Source: Pavona decussata
Lineage: Eukaryota
Assembly (NCBI GenBank): GCA_977016875.1
Contig: CDRNST010000148.1
Span: 3,844,001-3,908,000, forward strand
DNA length: 64,000 bases
Direction of reading: 5' to 3'
Part shown: positions 35,241-47,785 of the stretch, piece after piece
Numbering within the stretch: the stretch's first letter is position 1
Layout: each line of letters begins with the position of its first letter
Program-made: the position numbers and the translations under genes
The notes under the pieces: generated by a model
Seen by the model: only the letters and a program-made list of their open reading frames with translations
What the model was told of the DNA's origin: nothing
The model's database searches: none

Positions 35241-38200
35241 AAACAAAGAGCTTGCAGCCCTGCAGATATTTCGCTGTTTAGAAAAAACAGTCATTAGTGC
35301 CTGGTCTGGTTCGTTGCCCGCGAGTGATCAAAGGTGCTGGCAAAAGATTGCTTCTGAGGGATGTCAGTGTAAGCTTAAATGTATAAGTTAAACCTACAAA
35401 TTTTGTTAACCAACTAACATATAATGCTTATAGCCACTTTTACATTGTGGGCTCTCTTCAAGGTTTTTCCCTTGTGTTCAAAAATTTTTGGACCCATTCA
35501 TTTGCATAATATATTGATCAACAAAAATGAGAAAAGTGGCCAAATCTTTTGAATAACTGTACGAATGTTGACTGTGCTCTCCCTAATTTTCGTCATAGCT
35601 GAAATGCCCACAAGATTATCTTTACAAACATGTTTCCTTGGCTTTTTCTACCACAGAACTTTAATCAATATAGCCCTATCAACAAACACATTTTTGTGTT
35701 CCCTTAAGACGGATGTTTTTTGAACTTGAATGGGCTTGCAAACCCCTGTGGGTTCACTAGGGTGGAGCAGAATTCAACAATCCTATGTCATTCTTTCAAC
35801 AATACTAGCTTAACTGTGATACTTCATGTGAGGCATAACTGGAATTACACTGAAATTAATTAGATGGCTGATCTGTTGTAATCTCAGTTGGACTTCATAA
35901 AATGTTCTCTTTAAATACCCGCCTCACACACCTATATTATTTTTATGTGGTTTTCTTCCAAGATCCAACAATATTTTTTTGAGAAAAAGGCCATGAAGTT
36001 TAATGCCCTTCAATGGCAAAGTGTTGCTGCTGCTGTTAGCTTTCATTTTTAAATAGTTACCCTTCTGCCATGCATCCAAAAACTTTGTGCTGAAGGTGGT
36101 TTGGATTTTAGCCAAAGAGGCAAACCTTGTACGACCTTGTATAGCTCAATAATGAAAAGAAATATTAACAGGATGTATTTAAAGGCGGGTATTTACTGCA
36201 TGGCCAAGAAGCTTTGGTTAATTTCTTGAGGATTGCCACACTTAAGGATTTTACCAATCCACAGACTTATAATTAATGTTAAAACCACTTTTTAAGCTTA
36301 ATTACAGGGTTTTAATGATCAGATCAGAAGACTGAAAAAAAATCATTTCAAGGAAACAAAATCTTGAGAGAGGGATTCAGGCATGATTGCAGATGACATC
36401 AAATGTAGTAAGATCAATAAGTGACTTTTACATCTTCCATGATCCATAAGTAAACAGACCCTGAGAAAAACAGATTGTATTTTTGTTTTCTACAACAACT
36501 GAAACATCAATTTGATATCACAGCATTACAAAAAAAATTAAGATAAATTGGAGTAGTATTGTAATCTCAAAGGAACATTGTTACTTGAACTTTGCTTTGT
36601 TGTAGTCAAAATTAAATAAATTTTTGATAAGATGCCTTTGTTCAAATATAAAATTTCTCTTAGAGCATCAAGAAGAAAATTAATTTAAAGTGATTTCTCT
36701 GGGGAAGAAGAAACCTAATCAGATTTTAGCATATTTTTTTGGTACAAATCTTGAAAAGTTGAAAACATTGGCCCATGTTTTAAAGTTGCAGTCCATTTTT
36801 CACTCTGGTTATCTTCAGCCAAGGATATTTACTTTGAGTTTCTGTTCACTAGTAGAGTACATGTAATTATAATTAATTGTTGAAATAAAACTGGATCATT
36901 ATTTGAACTCTTCCCTTGATACAAATTTGTTCTATGGTTGTTCAAAGTGGTGCAAAAGTTATGTGACATTTTACACCCTTTGATATTAGTCCAATATCTT
37001 TAAGAGGTTTAGAATCTAACCTGGAATCCATTTGGAAAGCTGTCTGGAGCAAAGATCACTGCATCTGATCATCAGCTTTCATAGATTTTTCCTGTGTAAA
37101 CTGTCACCTCAAGTGTGTCATTTGGGATGATTTTTTAGCTAAGTTCTTGTTGAAGTTTTCTAATTAATCTGTAAAGTAGCTCATAAAGTTCTGATGCACT
37201 TTGCCATTCAGACAGTGAACTCTGTACCCAGTTTTTGCCATCTTTGTCCTTGCATATGACTGTGTCATAGAACACCATTCGACAACAACCAATCAAAACA
37301 AATAATTTAACATAGTTATTAATAACGTAAGGCAAACTCCAATGTCCATAGAACACTTTTTCATGTGATGTTACCTCTTGAATGCTTAAGATGTCTATAG
37401 CCAAAGTTTAGTCTTCACTATAATGAGTAGATTAGGTCTGCAGCAAAGAAATTTCTTCTACTTAATCTAACAGAAACAAACCACTGTGGCTGGCTATCAC
37501 CATAATAATTATTATTTCTTTACATATTCTAAGCGTGTTTTCCATTGAAAGGCCTTGGCATTCATTTCGCTAAGTTCGCAATGCTTTGAGTATCTTGAAC
37601 ATGGTAATGTTTTCCAGGGTAGCTGCCTCCATTTTTTCTTTACTAGCTTTGGGCCTGGTTTAAATAGTTCATCGATATCATGATCATTCTATTCATGCCT
37701 AACTAGCACAAAGGGTAATTTTTATCGCTGAGTGCTTTCCGCTCCTCTCTGTAGGCCACCATGCCACTTACAGGTTACCTCCCAACTCTTCCAGGATAAA
37801 TCTTACCTCTCTCCTTCTCAACAATTCTACCCCAAGTTAAAGTAGCAACCTGGAAAATTCTCTTTCTGGGTGAAAGCAAAAATTAAACAGAAAAATCAAA
37901 ATGTAATTTTACTTTTCTTATTACAGTGAAGTACTGATAGCTCCACAGTGTGACAGTTCCGACAATGAGCAAGGTATGTACAAAACAAAATAAAGTAGGT
38001 GCTCTCTAAAGTGTATGCCCTCATGACCAAGAAATACAAAGTATTGGCACAGCGCGAGAAACAAATCCACAGCTCCTTTTTATTTTCCACCTACTCCAAA
38101 AGTTAGTGACAATCCTGCAGTTTCTAACCTGCAGTTCAGGTTTATCATTTTTTATGCTTTTTTTGGACGAAAGCCAAGCATAAGCAGAAGGGGAAAATAA

Positions 38201-39232
38201 TGCCTGTATGCACATCATTGTTTTAGTCTTTCTGCTCCCAGACATACCTTGAAATAAAACACCAGTCAGTGGTTGACAAAGGTAGCACAAAACCTGTTTA
38301 GCAGACCCCATATAATTTTGACATTATACAGGATTGTAAATATCTGGATATGATTTTTTGTAACTTAACTTTTTAGAAAATGTAAAGCACTGAGGGACTT
38401 GGTGATAAGCACTACACAGTGTATAAGCTTTGTTTATTGTTAGTATTTTATTATGTTGCAAAAGTCCACTTGGTATGTAGACTGCAAGACGTTATTGTTT
38501 TATGTATTTCTGAGTGAAAACGATGTCTATCTGTAAACAAAAGCATAGAAGAAGCTTTTAAAAGTGGAAAATACATTGTAACTGCAGTTTCTGTTCTGTA
38601 CTGCTTATGTCCCAAACTGTTTTCAGACTGCAATAGCAAGAGTGGGAGTTAACTCAATATCAATGAAAGGATTAATGTGACCAAAACACAAATATTCCTG
38701 ACAAGAAACATACCATCCTGCAACAATAACAAATGGCTGGGTCGAGCATAGCAAATTTTGCAAGATCATGACAGGGTGTAAAACTATTGGGTGCTTAAAG
38801 TAAACAGAGCCACACAAAAATGTATCTTTACTACACCTTTCAATAACATCCGGACTCTGAAGTTCAAGATTCAACCAACCAATACACTTTTCACTGCTGT
38901 CAATCACTGCAGTGGACCTCTAAGAAAACAAAAACATTTGGCTCACCAGATCAAAAGGTCATGTTAGTGTGCTGTGGTTGGCAAATTTCGAACCACTTCC
39001 TCGACTTCTGTACATTGTATTTCTTGCAGTCAGGTGGTTGTCGCCATAATTAAGATTGACAGCAGTAAAACACGCAAATCGTTAGTTGGGTTTACTTTGA
39101 CCTTGAGAGTCTATTTGTTATTGAAAGGCATAGGAATGCTGCAAATGAGATAAACAGGGAAGTTGAAAAAACAAAAGGTCAAGTTCAAAATTCCCTGACA
39201 AAAGGTTTTTGTTATCCTTCAATTTTTTTCAG

Positions 39233-39327
39233 GAAGTTTTTGTAACACACCTAAAAAGCCATTGAGGAAACGGAAAAGAGAATCTTTGACAGGTATGTTT
39301 TGGCAACATTTATTTATGTATTTTCAG

Positions 39328-39383
<56 letters not shown>

Positions 39384-42300
39384 GAAAAAAAGCTACAGTA
39401 TATGGACAATTTGTAAAACAGTTGAAGATGCCATCTTAAATAAATCACCCTTAAATCACCCTTAAATAACGTTTTTATTCGATACAGCTTCCTCTCCCCA
39501 GCTCAGATGCCTCTACCATAACTGTATTGTTGTATTGTGCTCTTGGGCAGGATTACAACTTTGGGAATATCATAGTTTGCTTGATTTGGGTGTGTGACCT
39601 TTCCACGTTAAACTGTTTTAAGTGACGTTCCCTTGGTCATTTGATCAGCAAACGTTTTTGGTTTCTTTTATTAAAGATATATATCCTATTTGTTTATAGA
39701 AGTAATTTAAGTGTGAACATAAAAAGTAAGTGGCATTTTTTTATCTAGATGCTGCAAAAGGAAGCTACACTCCCCCTCGACAAATTGGTTGGGGTATGGG
39801 GTTCTCTTCAGTCATATCAGAAAGTGAGAGTGAAAACTCTGAACCTTACAGTGCAGTGTATTTGGTCAAAGGGTACGAATCAGCCGTGACAGCCATCATA
39901 ACAGACTCTGAAGATGACCTGTTTTTTCTCAATGGTGAGTTTGCCAGTATAGTTAATTATTTGGTGCATGTTTTACTGGAATCCCTCCCCACCCCCCTCT
40001 CGTTTCTCTCCCTTTAGCAGACAGGGGAACTTTACCCTCAATACTCACAAATCCTGTTTTGCTGCCTGCATGGACTACTGGAAAGCATTTCAAGAGGATC
40101 TCCATAAGATACGCCAAGTTGTACATCATGCAAACTATTTTAGCGGAAAAGAATGAGTCATTTTAATTTTCCTAAACCTTGTTCATGTGCTTGACTGGCT
40201 GGTTAGTTTTCTCATCCAGTTTATCATCAACTGGTTGGTTGGCTAATTGATTGTTTGTTTGAGTTCTTACTGACTGGTTAAGGGTAACTGACTGGCTGAC
40301 CGACCAACTGACTCACTGACTCACTGACTGACCAACCATCTGACTGACTGACTTACTGATTGACCGACTGACTGACTGATCAGTTCACTATTTTGATTGG
40401 AAAAAATAGTTGGTTACAAGTCTTTCTGTCCATTGATTATTTGGTTAAATGTTTAGTTGATTGTTGGTTTGACTGTCTAATCAAATGACTTAAATTACAC
40501 ACAGAAACTGTGGAATTTGAGCCACCTGGTTCTGATAGTGAAGAAGAGGAGGACCAGAATGAAGAAGAATCAGAAGATGAAGGTATGGGGCTGAAGATTG
40601 GCAAGGATTCCCCACAACAATTTGAAGACATGAGAAATTTTGTACTACAAATGAGTGAATGTACCTTTAATTAAGTATCAAGCTGAAAGACTAGTTACTG
40701 CAGAAGAGCACTAAATGGGGGAAACTATTTAAAACAAAATGGCAAGATAAAAAGGTTGCATGTTGTACAGTGTATGCTCCGTGATTGCCTTGCTTGAGTT
40801 ATCATGACATTTTGTCTTTCCTTAGTTCCAAAGATAGATAGATGAGATAGAAAGTTAAATGTTTAGCTTCTTTGAAGGTAGAAGTGTCACCAAGTTGAGC
40901 TATACTCAGGGTAATAACGAGCATCCTGCGGCTGTAATTTCTTTTAAGTTTTTATTCTTTTTGTGTTTTGGTCTTGCATGTGGCATGTATGTATGTAATT
41001 ATGACAACAAATTTTATGGGTATAAATAAAAGAAAAGAAACTTTGCCAATTAAAAAAGTGGGCCCAAACTGACCGGAGGCAGACACGTTGATATTGATGC
41101 GATGATGTACAGTGAAGGTGTCCCCATGTTTGACTTCAGTGATAAGTATTTTTGCTCAGTGTGAGAAATCTTCAAGATAAATATTCAGTATAATGTATTG
41201 ATTGCTTTGATGTCATTTTTCTGTCTTGTTTTAGTTGTTGTAAGCAGCTCAGAAGATGAGGATCCCGGCGCAGAGGGTGGAGATGAATATGAAGAAGACC
41301 AGGAGTCTGATTCAGATATTGACGAAGAGGATCTGTGGTCCTGCCCACAATGTAACCTCAAAAACCACCCAATGTCACGGCAGTGTGCTCGTTGCTGGGT
41401 TGAAAGACATGAGTGGCTTCCTCACTTGAAAAGGTGCGTATATATTGTTTAATTTTTATATGAAACCTTGAGTCATTGAAAAGTTTCAAGGCTGTTGCCT
41501 ATCAGGAGCCCAGTAGTCTGGGGCACCTAAGACATTTCTCTGGGCACCTAAATTGTTTTGCAGTAGCGTCTAGCATTTCATAGGCTGGGCTCAGCCTTTG
41601 GGTTTCTGGGCTCCTTGAAGTTTTACTTATTTTGGCAACAGCCCTGGTTCTTCTAACCTTGGAATCGGGCTATGAGATCCTAAATTACAAATTTTAAAAT
41701 CAAAATGTAAGCTATATTAAGCATTGCTTTGTTGCTCTCTTGTTTATTATCAGGGGCACCCAACAGATCGTTTAGGTAAATTATCTGTTCGTAAGGCCCT
41801 TAATCCCCTACAACTTTCTAAAGGGAATTTTCACCTCGAACTTTCTTAAAAGGGGAATTTTAAGGCCTAGTGTTTTTGGATTGATAAAAATGTCGTTTCG
41901 GGTGCCGAAAAAAGGTCAGCTAAGATTTTCGGAAGGGAAATAAGACCTAAGGTTTTCGGGAAATGGACAAAGATGCCCTAGTAATTTCGAAAAGACTCAA
42001 GCTCCCCTAGAACTACCGAACAGATAAAAATATTTTAGCGCGGCCTGAAATGAACCTACAGAGCTTTAAAGGCACTCCAGATAGACTAAAACTGCGTTTT
42101 AAAGGATTTGAGAGAAAAGTTTCGTTAGGTGCCCCTGTATTATGCCACCATACAAGGTGGTTTTAACTTTGGAGATGTGGATCAAGTCCTAAATTGTGTT
42201 CATGTGATAGAAAGCTGTTAAGCATTACTTTTCTGTGGTGCTGTTTCTTTATGCTTTACAAGGTGGTTCTAACTGTTGAGACGTGAGACCATTTAAATAA

Positions 42301-42910
42301 AAGTGTCACCCATTATGCTGTGCACCCTGATTCTAAGAAGCTTTGTAGCATTTGCACAATCATTTTTCCTGAGAAAATGAGGCCACCCTGTAGGCGTCCT
42401 GTCCATTACCACAAACATTTTTTTTTTCGCAGATTGTCTTCAGAACCAACTGTTGATCTGTCCAGAGTAACAGGAAATTCATCTGTTTTGCCATCACTTC
42501 AAAAATGTCCCTCACTTGCTGTAGCACCAACTATTGAAAATCCTTCATCATCGACATCATCATCACAATCAGTAACTCTTACTTCACAAGCTGCTTCAAA
42601 TATTATGATTGCTCCTGCATCAGCTGAAAGAGATCATCAAGAACATTTGCATCGTTCAGGACATGCATCAAGTCTGAATAACACTGTACAGAGTGTAACT
42701 ATAAGCTCTGAAAAGAAAGATCCTGAGCCTGCCTTTTCTCCAGACTTGTGTGTCATTTGCTTGACGCAACCTCGAAATGCTAGTTTGGTACATGGAAGAA
42801 CTGGCCATCAGGTTTGTTGCATTGGATGTGCAGAAAAACTGAAGGAAAACAAAAAGAAATGTCCAGTATGCCGTAAGAAAATTAAGCTCATTGTCAAAAA
42901 TTTCTTCTAA
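39233..42910 (+). CDS. MDM2: MDM2/MDM4-family RING E3 ligase (start codon not firmly located)
   Basis: Exons 39233-39292, 39749-39934, 40505-40582, 41235-41433, 42433-42910. It has a basic NLS-like KKPLRKRKR, an acidic domain, a RanBP2-type zinc finger DLWSCPQCNLKNHPMSRQCARCWVERHEWLP, and the C2H2C4 MDM RING CVICLTQPRNASLVHGRTGHQVCCIGCAEKLKENKKKCPVCRKKIKLIVKNFF*. Confidence 0.92.
39329..39383. repeat. (GAT)n microsatellite in an MDM intron
   Basis: About 17 perfect GAT units, downstream of the donor at 39293. Confidence 0.95.
41751..42137. mobile_element. hAT-like MITE
   Basis: TATTAT|CAGGGGCACCCAAC ... GTTAGGTGCCCCTG|TATTAT, apparent 6-bp target duplication. Confidence 0.7.
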
Positions 42911-45900
42911 TTCATGTCCCTGTGCCCTCTCCAGTAGAATTTTTATAACTTTTAAAAGTTCTGTGAGGGCTTTGACCATTTTCATTCTGACAAAATCTGA
43001 CTGATGTTACAAGGGAATTAGTTTGTGGTAATCCCGTTAAGATGTAATTTGAATGTCATTTTTCCCATCCTTCCATATTCGAAGATCTCCATGCAGTAGC
43101 TGTTTTCTCTTCATGCCTCACTTCAGATGCCTCCTCTCCTTTTCTTTGTTGGCCAAGCATAAGTTTGCATGGCTTCTTCAGGCAACTTCTTCAAAGTGTT
43201 GTTTTCTACTACTTTTTTGCCAGGCTGGTGCTTGGTTGTAAACATCAGCTTGGCAGAAGGTTCATGGTTTGATGGCTGTTGAAAGTGATTTGAGCTCTAC
43301 AGGTTAAGAGCTTGAATCAGTGTGCCAACACACCTTCATCACAATTCATACATGTAACATCCACTCAGTTACATAAATGGTAGCAGCTCGTCCCAGTGCT
43401 AGAGGGTAACTTGCGGTGTAGCAACTTGAATCCCATTCAGGGAAGGTTACACCTCAAACACTGGCCAAGCACTTGTGTGGTGTGTAAGACTCTTATCCTT
43501 TTAACTTAACCTTTAAGCCATATTTTCTGAAAGTGTCTGTTTACTACAGCTATTACTTTTAAATGTTAACCCATAATTGTTGTAACTATTCTTGGTTGAA
43601 AAATTGTAACAAAAACACGACAGTGAAATCTGGGAACATCTCTTTCACGCCAGTTTTCAGCTCACTTTCATTCAGCCATCCAAGTCACTGGTGTGGATGT
43701 TAACTTTGAATTCCTTTATGTGCTGTAATATATCAAACACAGGGTGGTAGGTTTGCCTAGTTTTTTTAACCAACTTTGAGATGCTCAGAAATCGGATGAA
43801 ACATTCCTTCAAGTGTGTGATATACCGGTAGCTTCTCAAGCCATTAACAATTCTTGGAGAAATTCAAAGCAAACGTTCACCAGAGTGATTCACTGTAGTG
43901 AATGCCTTTGTTTTCTCTCATTAATTATTAATGAGCTCAAGAAGGAATTTTCAAAAATGATGTGAATCAGCAAGACAGGTCAGTCATGAATCTTATGTAA
44001 TAATGTCGTATTACATACTGTGTATAATTATGTTTTTAACATTGATGTAGTTTCCGTTTGGGAACACATTATGTAATGTTTTGTTTGTTTTCAGGGTTGT
44101 TTGTTTGAAATGAATAATTGGCTTAAATTAAGCAACAATTCATGAACTTACCTTGAAAATCTTTAACTGGTAGATGTCATGTAGTTGCATAATAGTAATG
44201 ATTATTTTTGACTTAGTTCAATGCATTAGTGTAGCTTAGTTATTATGTTAGAATTATAACTGAAAATAGGAGACAGTTGCTTTTATTTGCAAGTTATTTT
44301 AGCTTAAGGTGTTAAGTACATTAGCAAAAAAAATAGGCCACTTTTACATAGTCATTGATGTGAACATCACAGTAGTATAGATGATTTCCATTGCTGCCAT
44401 GTTGGTGGACAAAACAAAAGAAAATGGCAGTGATCTCCCAGAGGAGAAAAAACTTGTTGTTCCTGTCCACCAACATGGCCGCCATGACGTCACATGCAAA
44501 CCATTAATAATTGACAAAAACTGGAGCTTTTAGTGCATGGAAACAGGAAATTAAGAAAACGTTAACTTTTATAGCAGATGTTACAATAGCATGTGTCCCA
44601 GTCAAAAAACTAATATAAATATTTTCCTAAAAAGATTAAATTTTTGAAAGTTATTTTAGGAATTTACTTACTTTTTTTTTTTGGTTACTCATCTTAACTG
44701 AAAATCCACAAAGATTCAAAATGTATTGATGCTTCTTTGAGCAAAGAGCGACATAGACAATGGTTTGAAGATTGAGGCTGAATACAGTGACACCATGCCG
44801 CTGAGATGCTAACCATTTTTTTTTTTTTTTAAACTCATTTGAAGTAAATGTGTAATAACTGCAATTATTTTATCAATATCAGGTTATTGCATTCATAAAA
44901 AGCATTCAAATTAACAATTATTGTCCCAGGCCTTGGTGCCATATAGCTGATAATTATTGCATAGCCTGCATGGTAGTCTCGATAAAGGTTTTATATCCCT
45001 TCATATTACTCATAAATATGCCTTTGTAAGGTTATTGTGTACACCACATTGTGACAAAAATAATCTGGGTGGTTTTAATCATCTTTTTGGTAGTTGATAA
45101 TGATAACATTGTGGGAAGCAGGTATTCATTTATTACGTGTTTAGTAGTGTTCTCTACTGAAGCAGTGTTGATTATGAAATCTGTTTAAAAGAGAAAGACA
45201 GGTTTTTTCATTTATTAGCTGAGCAGAAAGTTGTATCACAAATACTAAAGGACGAGCGTTAACCATCCAATATATAGTTTATATTTTTTTATTGGAAGTC
45301 TTAAAACTGTCAACAACAGTTGTTTGTTGTTGTTGAGCAACGATTTTGACATGTTTGTTTTTTTTCCTGTGCCTCTTTTTTGCACAAGCTCTTTTGGGGG
45401 TCACAAAGCAGTTTTCCAGAGCCAGGAATAATTAGCAGGACATTCGTGTCCTTACACATTTGGACAGACATCACCTTTCGTGATGTTATTTTACCTGAGA
45501 CGCTTCCATCAGTATCAATGGAGAACCAAAGGATTAGCAGGGCATACGACATGTACAGACAATACATCGCACAGCTAAATTTACCTCAAATCAAAAGAGC
45601 CTCACTTACAAATAAAACCGGGGATTTATACCGCTTTTGATATAAGTTTTTTCAAGAAGCAAATGGGAGTGGTTAACAATTTAGATCCTTCAGACAAAAT
45701 CGGAATCAGTAAGAGCACCGACATAAAGCCCAAGCGAATTAAGTGTCCACCGACCAAAGCTTTTTAAAGTTTTGCTTTCCACACGTTCTGGCTCTTTGTG
45801 ATAACCAATTGAGTGTGACCATCGGAAAGGATGACACGACAAGAGGCTTGGAAAACAACTAAAAAGATGTCAAAACGTTGCAATACAGTATATACCAAAA

Positions 45901-47410
45901 CAAAAATAGCGAGAAGAAAATAATTTACTGGAGTGTAGCTTTCGTAGCTTGTAGTTGAAGAAATGAAACGTAGAGATAGGTATTTTTAGTGACTGCAAAA
46001 TGAAAAGTATATTTTTGTTTTTTATTGGGTTTTTAAGGTTGTGTATTGTGACAGTTGAGTCACCTTGACAACAAAAGAACGAGGTGTTCATCAAACTGTC
46101 AGTTTTTACGTGGCTGGCCTGTCTTGCTGATCATAGACAAATTTGTTATGTTAGTACTGTTTTGCGTTTTAAGAGTGCATTACAACTAACATTTTCCATA
46201 CTTTGTGTTTTAAAAATCATTGCGAAATGACTCTTTTCCCTTTTAAGCCTGAGATGGCGTGATGTGACGTCACAGCATTGCCAAAGATGGCGTTATGTAG
46301 CGTGACGAAAATGGAATCTGACAATGTCTCAGAGGCACCTTGACACGGTACGCTAGAATGGGCAAACTTGTGTTGCCATGCTCCAAAAACTTTGCAACCA
46401 ATGCTCTCACACGGCAATCCAAAAAAGTCCAGTTATTGCTTACCTGTAATTCTATCAACCTTTCTTCATCCCGCCTCTGATTAAAACACATGTTAAACAA
46501 ACGTTCACACTTCAAATGAAGATTTGCTGAAGTTGAAAAAGGTGGTGAGATTAGAAACTAAAACTGTTGTCCCTTTTGTTGACAACGGTTAGATAAACTG
46601 TAGTTTGTTGTGTGATTTGGCATGACAGTTTTTACGGTGATTTCCCCGCGCTGTTTCTGAATTCTTAACACTTCTGCACTTTTCTGTGAGAGAAAGTAGC
46701 TTACTAAGTTTGTACTTTTGTTGTACAGTTATGATTGCTTGCAGTCGATATCGTCGTCTGTTGTCAAAAGCATGAAACGTGTTATGGTTTCTGTGTTGGA
46801 AATATCATTCAATAAAATGCATGAATAATACTTGTTTGTGATATTTGATTTTATCAGATACTGGACTACGGTCGTCGGACTTCCTGGATTGGCTAAACGC
46901 ATTCGGGCTTTAAGCTCCTCGTTTTTTGTCCCCCTTTTCTCGCCTTTTCTCTCCTTATCGCCTGCTTACATATTCTGTCTGGAGATGGTTTAAATTCCCA
47001 TCCCACCTAGGTAAAGTTCAAATCCGTCACCATCTGGAAGGACTTTCGCGTCAAATGTCCTTCTTCCCGGATACGCAAAATGGTCAAATAATGTTAAAGG
47101 TTCGAATTCACCGACCCATTAATTCAATTCGAAATCGAGACGAACTCAAAACCAGTACCTTTCTTGTCCGGCGGCACACACATGGTGCCGGACCCCATTA
47201 ACGAGTTCAAGAGGGAAAATGTCGCTCGCTTTTATGAGCGATTGGCTCACCAAAAAGGGTCTCCACAAACTTTGCAATGTTTGCGAAGAAAATTTACTAC
47301 AATGTAAATGAACCAGTTTCGAACAATCCAAACAGTGTATCAGAATCGCGCTGAGGGGGGGGGGGGAGGGGGCTGAAGTTTCGAATTGATCGGCGCATAA
47401 GCTTTATTAA

Positions 47411-47785
47411 GGACAGTGCTTAATTTGGATATGTTCTGCGCACCTCGCAACGATCCGAGAAACCCCGATTTCTTTAGGAAGGCGCCTACCAATTAAAATA
47501 TATTTTTGCGCGGTTTATAGCTATGCGGGAAAATAAGATCTAAGCAAGGGTTATTAAAATAAAAAGTTGGGGGCATTTGTCAGAGATAATTAAGCTTCAA
47601 TTTGAAAAAAAAAAAGGTCATACGTTGTTATATGTTTTAATAGAATTATTGTTGCTTAATTACCTCTGCAAAATGCATGGTTACCCCAATATTCTTTTTG
47701 GATTTCAAAATCTCTTGCTTAGATCTGCTTTTTCCGCATAGTTATAAACTGTGCAAAAGTACTTCGGTATTAATAGGCACCTTCC
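47411..47785. mobile_element. Kolobok-like MITE, copy 3 (diverged)
   Basis: TTAA|GGACAGTGCT ... AGGCACCTTCC|TTAA, with an internal sequence similar to copies 1 and 2. Confidence 0.75.

Noticed and set aside
39262-39465. Poly-Asp ORF as part of the MDM acidic domain
   Set aside because: The GAT tract lies after the donor at 39293, so it is an intronic microsatellite.
47219-47290. SAM-like peptide MSDWLTKKGLHKL
   Set aside because: It is too short, lies within a poly-G-ended repeat and has no continuing exons.
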